20,000 nt of DNA from an uncultured virus (IMG/VR IMGVR_UViG_3300025598_001701) (Duplodnaviria; Heunggongvirae; Uroviricota; Caudoviricetes): the IMG/VR virus record IMGVR_UViG_3300025598_001701. The stretch is one strand, 5' to 3'. Position numbers and translations under genes: made by a program. Of the stretch, positions 8,598-15,683 are shown one piece after another. A model generated the notes under the pieces. That model made no database searches. It was not told the DNA's origin and was given only the letters and a program-made list of their open reading frames with translations. Each line of letters starts with the position of its first letter. The first letter of the stretch is position 1.

Positions 8598-9308
8598 TTA
8601 AAATTGAACTGTTATAATATGTTCGTAATTCTTTTTGAAAAAACCACGATATAACAAGTTCTTTTGGATTATATAATTTGTTCCACCTAAATCAGCACTG
8701 TATTTTGCAAGCTGCTTGAAATACATAGTGCGTCTTTCAACTGGACCAACAACTGTTAAGTCACGGTTATTTTCTATAAAGTATATATGACTTTGCCAGT
8801 TCTGACGATTATTTTTATCAATTTGACTTTGTTCAACAATTACTGTTTCACCATATAAACCACTTTCAACATGGTTGCGTTTATGTGGTGCATTGTTTTT
8901 GTAATCTTGTAAACTTGTGATTAGATAACCACGTGTTACTGCTTTAATATTTGCTAATAAATTTCTTTGGTCATTTTCTGTAGGAGCGTAGGTAAAATAC
9001 TCATCAAACGCGATTGTTACATCAACAGTAGATTTTATCTGTCCAATACTATCGATAAAAGTGCTGCTGCTTTGATAAGCATATTTTACATCTTGTGCAC
9101 CAACTACAATACAATTATAATTTTTTTCTAAAAGTAAAACAATTGGATTAAAATGAGTAAAGAGAATGGTGCTTGGTTGTATTCTTAACCCTGAAAATAG
9201 TTTCTGAAGAATATCTACTTTGGCTTGTGCTTGTTCTAACCATCTTGCTACATCAGCAATAGGTTGCAATTTCAGCCAATAATCATCGGAAATCATTAAA
9301 AAACCCAC
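8598..9308 (-). CDS. Hypothetical protein, possibly degenerate methyltransferase fold
   Basis: 236 aa (start GTG 9308 or ATG 9296). VDVTIAFDEYFTY...RGYLITSLQDY resembles class I SAM-MTase strands but lacks GxG. Confidence 0.55.
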   Translation of the reverse strand: MGFLMISDDYWLKLQPIADVARWLEQAQAKVDILQKLFSGLRIQPSTILFTHFNPIVLLLEKNYNCIVVGAQDVKYAYQSSSTFIDSIGQIKSTVDVTIAFDEYFTYAPTENDQRNLLANIKAVTRGYLITSLQDYKNNAPHKRNHVESGLYGETVIVEQSQIDKNNRQNWQSHIYFIENNRDLTVVGPVERRTMYFKQLAKYSADLGGTNYIIQKNLLYRGFFKKNYEHIITVQF

Positions 9309-9348
9309 CTCTACCTAAAATATATTTAGGTAAAAGTGGGTATTTTTT
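9298..9348 (-). promoter_or_regulatory. Hairpin (terminator-like) containing TAAATA and masking the RBS
   Basis: ACCCAC-TTT-TACCTAAA-TATAT-TTTAGGTA-GAG-GTGGGT followed by a T tract. Confidence 0.6.
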
Positions 9349-9544
9349 ACTTGATAAGCAAACCAAGTTCTTTTAAATCTTCATATAACGTATGGTCATT
9401 AGGAATGGTTTCAGTTTTACCATCCTTGACATTTTTGACAAGTTTTTCAATATCTGGCGCAGCCATGTCTGTGCAACGCTTGATAGCGGCACGAACCTTA
9501 CTCCACTCAACAGTTCCACGATAACCCATGATCAACATTGTCAA
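9347..9544 (-). CDS. Small protein with weak resemblance to the ribosomal bL12 C-terminal domain
   Basis: 65 aa with its own promoter. KVRAAIKRCTDM..PDIEKLVKNVKDG...LYEDLKELG loosely follows the bL12 CTD pattern. Confidence 0.5.
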   Translation of the reverse strand: MTMLIMGYRGTVEWSKVRAAIKRCTDMAAPDIEKLVKNVKDGKTETIPNDHTLYEDLKELGLLIK

Positions 9545-9567
9545 ATACTCTCTCTGTTTATTTTCTT

Positions 9568-9596
9568 AATATACTATATAGTCTGCGTATTGTCAA
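9568..9596 (-). promoter_or_regulatory. Sigma70-like promoter
   Basis: TTGACA-N17-TATATT. Confidence 0.7.
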
Positions 9597-9601
9597 GTAA
9601 T

Positions 9602-9803
9602 TTTTTAACAGGTGGGTTGCTATCCCCACGATGGTTTTAGTTTGGCCTGTAATTTCCGGGTTTCAACTGCCTTACGCAATCACCATTACCTTCCACAGGT
9701 CTCTCACCTGTCCAGTCCCGTTGATTTCGGTATGCATCCCTCACAATCGGTTTTTAGTTATACTCGCTCCAACCTTTTAGCACAGCCGTGCCGCCGTTAA
9801 AAA
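9602..9803 (-). ncRNA. Candidate structured non-coding RNA of unknown family (~200 nt)
   Basis: GC-richer gap with no convincing ORF. Ends pair (TTTTTAACGG / CTGTTAAAAA). Internal hairpins at 9779-9792, 9695-9711 and 9612-9629; helix 9682-9686/9631-9635. TAAATA 12 nt upstream. Confidence 0.65.
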
Positions 9804-9845
9804 TCTAATATAAGATATTTAAGATTGCGTGTCGTGCGGTTGATT

Positions 9846-10025
9846 TCATTTGGCATTTAATAATTTTTGGATTTGTTCTGTTAAATTTTTTCCAAGATTA
9901 ATAGTAGCTTCTTCTTCGGTCATAGCATTTTCTTTCGCCAATTCCATAGTAAGATAACCTTCAAATGCAATAACTGGTTGAAATATTTCTGGATTAACTT
10001 TAACTTCTGCTTTAGTAATTTTCAT
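9846..10025 (-). CDS. Hypothetical protein (MKITKAEVKVNPE..., 59 aa)
   Basis: True start likely ATG 10025 after AAGGA; the track's longer version runs into the tRNA. Confidence 0.65.
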   Translation of the reverse strand: MKITKAEVKVNPEIFQPVIAFEGYLTMELAKENAMTEEEATINLGKNLTEQIQKLLNAK

Positions 10026-10047
10026 TTTCTTTTCCTTTTTAAATATT

Positions 10048-10124
10048 TGGTGCGTCCTATGGGATTTGAACCCACATTGTCGGTGTTTTAGAGACACCCG
10101 CTTTAACCGTTAAGCTAAGGTCGC
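10048..10124 (-). tRNA. Amber suppressor tRNA (anticodon CUA)
   Basis: GCGACCT TA GCTT AACGGTTA AAGC G GGTGT CT-CTA-AA ACACC GACAAT GTGGG TTCAAAT CCCAT AGGACGC A CCA. Perfect 5-bp anticodon stem fixes the register; A4:A69 mismatch in the acceptor stem. Confidence 0.88.
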
Positions 10125-10126
10125 AA

Positions 10127-10912
10127 TTATGTCCATAGTGCCTTGCGAACTTTAATGATGCGAATATACATTTCTGTATCTTCACGATCATAGTCTGCTT
10201 CAATTTTTCGAAGAAGTTTAAGTGCTTTATCGCCACGCTTGCGTTCTTCTGCGGTTTTTGGTTGTGAAAAAAATCCAACACCTTCGTCACGAAGTGCATC
10301 GCAGTGCGCACTCCAACCACTTATATCCATAGCATCTGGACGATTAGGACGAATATTCTTGCACCAATCATAGATTTGCGCTATTTCAATACTATCAATA
10401 GATTGTTGTGTAGGTTTGCCATAATATTTGTCACCTTCTGAACTGCCACTATTTTCATCATATTTCAATTCTTTTGCCCAACCAATATAACCCAAACCTG
10501 CTTCTGGACAACGACCGTTGACCCATTTCATTTCACGCTTCCAATCGTGCATGCCAGCAAGTTCAATCTCAACAAAGTCAATAATCAATTGACGAAGCGC
10601 ACCTTCTAAACGGCTATCACAATCCCACCATACACCCTTTTCAAGTCCAGTAGGCAACACATGCAACCTGTCAATAAAACGATTACGGATATAGCGTTTT
10701 GGTTTATTCCAAATTTCAGTTATGCTATAATGAACATCATCTAAAAAGTGTGGAACAGTTTCAGTTAAAAAATAAGCAAGTGGCTTTGATGCTTTCAATT
10801 CAGCATTCCACTTATCCCAACCACCCCATTCAAGCGCATATGGCTTTTCAATGCCAAACTTCTGGCGAAGATATCGGTTTAACTTACAATCCATAAAATA
10901 ATAATGTTTCAT
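10127..10912 (-). CDS. Hypothetical Trp-rich phage protein
   Basis: Long ORF. Start at ATG 10912 after GGAG, below a TTGACA-N17-TATATT promoter (10961-10933). Confidence 0.75.
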   Translation of the reverse strand: MKHYYFMDCKLNRYLRQKFGIEKPYALEWGGWDKWNAELKASKPLAYFLTETVPHFLDDVHYSITEIWNKPKRYIRNRFIDRLHVLPTGLEKGVWWDCDSRLEGALRQLIIDFVEIELAGMHDWKREMKWVNGRCPEAGLGYIGWAKELKYDENSGSSEGDKYYGKPTQQSIDSIEIAQIYDWCKNIRPNRPDAMDISGWSAHCDALRDEGVGFFSQPKTAEERKRGDKALKLLRKIEADYDREDTEMYIRIIKVRKALWT

Positions 10913-10972
10913 TAAAATCTCCAACAATGATTAATATATATTAATCTAAAACCTTTGTCAAGTAAATAATGC

Positions 10973-12058
10973 ATGGTTACATTTATAGGTAGAACTTTTG
11001 CCGACACTTGGGGTAATAGTAATGAATTGGGCAATTTAGAAAAAATAATTATCAATAATCTTTTACACCAAATTGAACAAAAATTTCCAAATGATAATAA
11101 TTTATTCATCAATACAACATGGTTTTTTATAAATCATTCTAATGACCAAGAAAATCAAAATTGGTATGCAGCAAAAAATTATGCTGAATTAAATAAAACT
11201 GGTAATCTCTTTTTGTTTTCTGGTGCTGATCCAGCGCCTTTTGTAGATGTTTTAGATCAAATATATAGGGTGTTTGCAAATTATAAAATTTATAAAATTG
11301 GCAATTTTGAAAGTGAATTTAATTGGCATTTAATATCTGTTTTAATTGGTGATAGATTTAAAAAATATACTGATGACGAAGTTATATTAAAAAACTTACA
11401 ATATAATTTTTTATCATACAATAGAAAACCTCATTATCATAGAATTGAACTATTTAAAAAAATGCAAAATAATAATTTACTAGAAACAGGATTAGCAACA
11501 TTAGGTAAAAATCCAATGCCTCACCATTCCATGAATGAAGAAGATGCAAACTTAAAATTATTATTGAATGAAAACGTTAAAGACTATGTTGAGCATGGTC
11601 ATTGGTATAATGATGATCCAAAAGAAGATTATGGTGTTCCACATGACCTTTTTAGTTTAGGTAAAATAGATATTTGGCAAAGTCATTTTTTAAATATAGT
11701 TAATGAAACTTGTAAAAATGATTCAACACAAGAATTTTTAGTAACCGAAAAAACACTTAAACCTATTATTGGTTTGCGACCTTTTTTAATAAATGGCGAC
11801 TTGAGATGTTATGAATGGTTACGACAACGTGGATTTAAAACATTTACACACATATTTCCAATTAATAATATTGAGAATCCCGATGTCCACGATAAAATTA
11901 TAGAAGTATTAATATGGTTAAAAAACCAATCAAAAGAAACAATAGTGCAAATGTATAACGATATGTTGCCTGATTTAATTTATAATAAAAATAGATTTTT
12001 TGAATTTGCACAAGAAGAAAAATTAAGAATAAACAATATTTTTAATGGTGCTGGGTGA
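10973..12058 (+). CDS. Hypothetical protein, glycosyltransferase-like
   Basis: FLSYNRKPHYHR...FLNIVNET...VTEKTLKPIIGLRPF resembles the GT10-like TEK motif. Very AT-rich and inverted relative to its neighbours. Confidence 0.6.
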   Translation: MVTFIGRTFADTWGNSNELGNLEKIIINNLLHQIEQKFPNDNNLFINTTWFFINHSNDQENQNWYAAKNYAELNKTGNLFLFSGADPAPFVDVLDQIYRVFANYKIYKIGNFESEFNWHLISVLIGDRFKKYTDDEVILKNLQYNFLSYNRKPHYHRIELFKKMQNNNLLETGLATLGKNPMPHHSMNEEDANLKLLLNENVKDYVEHGHWYNDDPKEDYGVPHDLFSLGKIDIWQSHFLNIVNETCKNDSTQEFLVTEKTLKPIIGLRPFLINGDLRCYEWLRQRGFKTFTHIFPINNIENPDVHDKIIEVLIWLKNQSKETIVQMYNDMLPDLIYNKNRFFEFAQEEKLRINNIFNGAG

Positions 12059-12127
12059 GGGACTCGAACCCCCGTTGTGGTATTCCGCCTTACAAAAGCG
12101 GTGCAGTCGCCGCTGTGCCAACCCAGC
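12046..12127 (-). tRNA. tRNA-Thr(UGU) with 11-nt variable region
   Basis: GCTGGGT/ACCCAGC acceptor stem, A73, CCA. Anticodon arm CCGCT TT-TGT-AA GGCGG. Variable region AATACCACAAC. T-arm GGGGG TTCGAGT CCCTC. Confidence 0.85.
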
Positions 12128-12132
12128 TTAAA

Positions 12133-12489
12133 TTATTCTTTTGGAATAGTATGTTTTATACCATCCCAACTTCTATTTACTTTAGCAGATTCTTTGCAGA
12201 AGTCAAGAACTAAATTATAAAATTCGTCCAATTCTCCATTAAAATGACCAACTAATCCATTTGCGAGTTCTATTGCACGGTCCCAATTGCTACTTTTGTA
12301 TGCTGCCACCATATCTTGGTGCATTTCACGGAAAAAATTGATAGTTGGTATATCATTTAAACCAATTTCTACCAAAGCGTGTAATGTTAACGGCTTTGGT
12401 AGTTGTGGTTGCATAACCGTATCAAGTTCTAAAATAACATATTTGTCACGCAATTCATCTGCAAGCTGTTCATTAAAAATAATATTCAT
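12133..12489 (-). CDS. Protein resembling the C-terminal part of class III adenylate cyclases
   Basis: Start MNIIFNE at 12489. ILELDTV..KPLTLH...YKSSNWDRAIEL..L.GHF.GELDEFY...WDG pattern; no catalytic core. Confidence 0.55.
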   Translation of the reverse strand: MNIIFNEQLADELRDKYVILELDTVMQPQLPKPLTLHALVEIGLNDIPTINFFREMHQDMVAAYKSSNWDRAIELANGLVGHFNGELDEFYNLVLDFCKESAKVNRSWDGIKHTIPKE

Positions 12490-12529
12490 AACACAATTAT
12501 ATATAATTATTATTGGAAAGCAATAAAAA

Positions 12530-13306
12530 ATGCACTTTGATCTTATATCGGATTTGCACGAAAATTTTTGGCCACCAGAAGAAAATCTCAAATGGGAAGG
12601 TCTAGGCACAAGTTTAGTGGCAATTGTAGCTGGCGATATCAGTAATGATTGGGATTACAGCTACAGGAAGTTAGTTGAAATAAGCAAACATTATCGTCAT
12701 GTTATATTTGTAGATGGTAATCATGAACACGGTTACCAACCATATTTGCATAAACATTGTGCAGAATTTCAAGAAAAAATAAATCAACATCATAATATTA
12801 CATTTTTATACAAGAATGTTATTATTTTAGATGACACTGCTTTTGTAGGCTGTAATGGTTGGTGGACATATGATTTTGGTATGCCAGAAACATCAGTTGT
12901 TGACTGTTGGGATTTTCTAGTAGCAAATGGTTATGATGAAGAAAAAATGGCAGAAATAATGGCTGTTGCTAAAATAGAAGCAAGAAATTTATATAGCCAA
13001 GTAGAAACATTTAATGATGATCCACGTATTAATGACATTGTAGTTGTAACTCACACAGCACCATTGAGAAGATTTCGTTATGTCCCAGATGACATGGATA
13101 AAAGACACTTGGGACGCAGTGGCAATAGTTTGATGCAAACTGTGTTATTAGCAAACACCAACCAAAAAATTAAGGCTTGGTGTTTTGGTCATGAACACAC
13201 AGAGATAGATGAAACTGTGGATGGTATCAGATATATCTGCCACCCACGTGGTCGTCCAGAAGAAGGTATTGGAAAAGTATATTTTCCAAAACTAATCAAA
13301 GTTTAA
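12530..13306 (+). CDS. Calcineurin-like metallophosphoesterase
   Basis: SDLH, AGD, GNHE, VTHTAP and FGHEH motifs. Confidence 0.9.
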   Translation: MHFDLISDLHENFWPPEENLKWEGLGTSLVAIVAGDISNDWDYSYRKLVEISKHYRHVIFVDGNHEHGYQPYLHKHCAEFQEKINQHHNITFLYKNVIILDDTAFVGCNGWWTYDFGMPETSVVDCWDFLVANGYDEEKMAEIMAVAKIEARNLYSQVETFNDDPRINDIVVVTHTAPLRRFRYVPDDMDKRHLGRSGNSLMQTVLLANTNQKIKAWCFGHEHTEIDETVDGIRYICHPRGRPEEGIGKVYFPKLIKV

Positions 13307-13629
13307 GATTCTGGTTCAATTTTTACGTTTAGAGGAAAACTATTAGTGCGAGCAAGTAATGTAGTTTCTACTGCTTTACTTTCTGCAATTTCAAATGGTA
13401 AAACTGCAACGCTTGCACTGCCCTCATTATGAATTTTTTGAGTTAATTCATAAGCAGTGTCAAAGCTATGTTCAAAAATTTCTTGTAACACTGCGATTAC
13501 AAAGTCAACAGATGTTACATTGTCATTCATAAAAATGACTTTATACTTTGGCGGTGGAGTTAAATCATTGCGTGGTGCAATTTTAACTTTAGAACGTGTT
13601 TCTACTTCTGTGCTCATTTTTGCCATCAT
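13303..13629 (-). CDS. clpS: ATP-dependent Clp protease adaptor ClpS
   Basis: PPKYKVIFMNDNVTSVDFVIAVLQEIF...IHNEG...EIAESK...FPL. Confidence 0.92.
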   Translation of the reverse strand: MMAKMSTEVETRSKVKIAPRNDLTPPPKYKVIFMNDNVTSVDFVIAVLQEIFEHSFDTAYELTQKIHNEGSASVAVLPFEIAESKAVETTLLARTNSFPLNVKIEPES

Positions 13630-13638
13630 TTATATTTA

Positions 13639-13665
13639 ACACAGTGGGCGGGATACCCACTGTGT
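13639..13665. terminator. Stem-loop between hsp20 and clpS
   Basis: ACACAGTGGG-N7-CCCACTGTGT 10-bp inverted repeat, followed on the minus strand by TAAATA. Confidence 0.55.
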
Positions 13666-13682
13666 ATATAGTATCATAGTTT

Positions 13683-14123
13683 TTAGGATTTTGCAATAGC
13701 AATTTTCTTTGGCTTTTGTTCCTCTGGAATATGGAATTCCAAATCAACAACAAGCAAGCCGTTTTGCATCTTTGCAGTCTTAACTTCCATATTGTCAGCA
13801 AGTGAGAATGTACGGATGAACTTGCGACTTGCAATACCACGGAATACAAATTCCTTGGTATCTTCGCTCTTAATTTCACCTGTAATTACAAGTTGGTTAT
13901 CCTTAAGCGTGATGTCAATATCATCATCGCTAAATCCACTTACAGCAATTTCAATTTGGTAATTGGTTTCACTATTGCGGATAATGTTGTATGGTGGATA
14001 ACTTTGCTGAACATTGATACTATTCACACGAAGCATATCATCAAAAATACGCTCAAATCCAATAGATGTACGGTGAAGGTTATCAAAAAGTTTTTGGTCG
14101 AAGACCTGTAATAGGTTACTCAT
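13683..14123 (-). CDS. hsp20: Small heat-shock protein Hsp20 (IbpA-like)
   Basis: IGFERIFD, YPPYNI, IEIAVSGF, RGIASRKFIRTFSL, NGLL, PEEQKPKKIAI. Confidence 0.95.
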   Translation of the reverse strand: MSNLLQVFDQKLFDNLHRTSIGFERIFDDMLRVNSINVQQSYPPYNIIRNSETNYQIEIAVSGFSDDDIDITLKDNQLVITGEIKSEDTKEFVFRGIASRKFIRTFSLADNMEVKTAKMQNGLLVVDLEFHIPEEQKPKKIAIAKS

Positions 14124-14182
14124 GCTTGTTTCTCCTTTATTAAGCGAGTATACTGTAGACGACCCATCATTGGCATCGTCTA
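14124..14182 (-). promoter_or_regulatory. ROSE-like RNA thermometer in the hsp20 5' UTR
   Basis: 5' hairpin TAGACGA...TCGTCTA, then CTC-G-CTT pairing with AAGGAG with a bulged G (U(U/C)GCU motif). Promoter TTGACA-N17-TAAATA at 14215-14187. Confidence 0.7.
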
Positions 14183-14221
14183 ATATTATTTAGTTATTCA
14201 CATACCATTTGTCAAGGGTTT

Positions 14222-15016
14222 TTATTCAATTATTTCAAATAAATCTGGATTTAATTCTATTTTTTCAATTCTTTTTTTAGACAAATCTGTCATTACTTGC
14301 TTCCAATTAGGTCCATATTTTTTTTCAAGTCCTTTTATTGTTGCATTTCTAACTTTTTCACGCCATTCGGGATTATTTGCTTTTTCTTGGCTTGTTTTTT
14401 TAATTTTTAATTTTGCTTCTTCTGTATGAGTTCTATTTCTATGAAATTCAGACATTTTAGCACGAGTTTCTATTGACCAATTTTTCTTTTTGCCTTTTTG
14501 TGAAGCACTCATTTTGGCAATAGATTCTTGTGTATGTTCTTTTCCTTTATTGTGTGCTGGTCTGCCTTTGTTTGCGGCAGACAATTTAGCACGAATTTCT
14601 TCGGTAAATGCAATTGGTCTGTTTTTTTTTGTAGCAGACAATTTAGCACGAGTTTTTGCTGTTACTATTCTACCTTTATTTGCGTTACTTATTTTTTTCT
14701 TATGATTTTCTGACATAACGATACCAGAGGTTCCCTCACCACCTAAAGTTTTATTATATAATACACCATTTTCTTCAATTCCCTTGCGACCATACCATTT
14801 AATAATTCGTCTTTCAATAGCAAACGCTCCTATTTCAGTCAGATTTGCTTCTAAAATTATTATTTTAGTTTGATCTTTCGGTGTTCTAGTATTATAATGT
14901 TTAGTCCATGCCCGATTTTTTCTACCTTTACCAATATAGTAAGGTATTCCGTTTAATTTTCTAATATATGCATAAACATAAAAACCTCTCGGATTATTTG
15001 TAGAAGAATAGGTCAT
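14222..15016 (-). CDS. Free-standing homing endonuclease (GIY-YIG-like with NUMOD3 repeats)
   Basis: FYVYAY...PYYIGKG..R...E...N..GGEG, followed by repeated ETRAKMS/HKKKIS..NKG units. Confidence 0.8.
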   Translation of the reverse strand: MTYSSTNNPRGFYVYAYIRKLNGIPYYIGKGRKNRAWTKHYNTRTPKDQTKIIILEANLTEIGAFAIERRIIKWYGRKGIEENGVLYNKTLGGEGTSGIVMSENHKKKISNANKGRIVTAKTRAKLSATKKNRPIAFTEEIRAKLSAANKGRPAHNKGKEHTQESIAKMSASQKGKKKNWSIETRAKMSEFHRNRTHTEEAKLKIKKTSQEKANNPEWREKVRNATIKGLEKKYGPNWKQVMTDLSKKRIEKIELNPDLFEIIE

Positions 15017-15019
15017 ATA

Positions 15020-15634
15020 TTAATGAGTCTCAATAATTTTTTTACAATTATTAAAGTGCCATCTTTTCATTGCTCCTAAAAATCCTTCTTTGAGACAGTG
15101 TGGACATTTTACATTTATGTTCATGTGCGTCGTGGATGATGAAACAAATTTTCCCTTGTTCCATGCAGTTCTTCCTTTGCAAGATTCAGATATTTTATCA
15201 GACCAAGTAATATTTCTACCTGTTAATTGTTCAGATATCTTTGCACGAACATCTTCTCTTTTAGATGGATTGTCATCACCTTTCATCACGATAGGTTTTT
15301 GTTCATAACCAAAACGAGAACCGTGTGATTTACGCATTTTTGCAACTTCCGAACCACCTTGCCCGTCTTCGGGAACAAGATTTGCAAACTCTTTATTTTC
15401 TGTAACATTCCATTTGAGACTATATTCCATACCTATGATTCTTGCTTCATCGTAAGTATTGCATTTTGCCAATATTTCAGTTGTAATATCATTACCATGC
15501 ATTTTTAGATGCCTTTTCCAATATGTTCCACTGCCCATATAAGAGTAACAAGTTTTTTCATATTTCGTAACATGGCGACAAAGATATTTTTTACCAGTAA
15601 TATTATGTGTTTTTAATAAAATATAAATTGCCAT
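15020..15634 (-). CDS. Seg-like GIY-YIG-type homing endonuclease with C-terminal CPHC finger
   Basis: IY..KTHNITGKKYLCRH...YMGSG...N; NPSK, AWNKG, CPHC..G....MKRWHFNNCK. Confidence 0.75.
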   Translation of the reverse strand: MAIYILLKTHNITGKKYLCRHVTKYEKTCYSYMGSGTYWKRHLKMHGNDITTEILAKCNTYDEARIIGMEYSLKWNVTENKEFANLVPEDGQGGSEVAKMRKSHGSRFGYEQKPIVMKGDDNPSKREDVRAKISEQLTGRNITWSDKISESCKGRTAWNKGKFVSSSTTHMNINVKCPHCLKEGFLGAMKRWHFNNCKKIIETH

Positions 15635-15635
15635 T

Positions 15636-15673
15636 AGTATACCTCTTTAATATATTTATCAAGGAGGTATACT
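15636..15673 (-). promoter_or_regulatory. RBS-sequestering hairpin with TAAATA late-promoter-like motif in the loop
   Basis: AGTATACCTC-CTTGATAAATATATTAAA-GAGGTATACT-A-ATG, 10-bp perfect stem. Confidence 0.75.
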
Positions 15674-15683
15674 TGCTGGGCAT

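Noticed and set aside
9612..9800. 62-aa plus-strand ORF over the ncRNA candidate
   Set aside because: GTG start without RBS, atypical composition, opposite to local transcription.
10000..10047. Theta (HDV-like) ribozyme 3' of the suppressor tRNA
   Set aside because: The trailer is A-rich and leads straight into an RBS and ORF; no GC-rich pseudoknot is visible.
10048..10124. tRNA-Arg(UCU), tRNA-Leu(UAA) or true tRNA-Pyl reading
   Set aside because: The perfect GGTGT/ACACC stem centres CTA. The body is canonical (D-loop GG, TTC T-loop, 5-bp anticodon stem), unlike tRNA-Pyl.
12046..12127. tRNA-Tyr(GUA) reading, suggested by the long variable loop and GTA in the loop
   Set aside because: Centring GTA destroys the anticodon stem; the CCGCT/GGCGG stem centres TGT.
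14222..15634. Group I intron housing the endonucleases
   Set aside because: Flanking guaC and hsp20 are intact and there is no room for an intron core.
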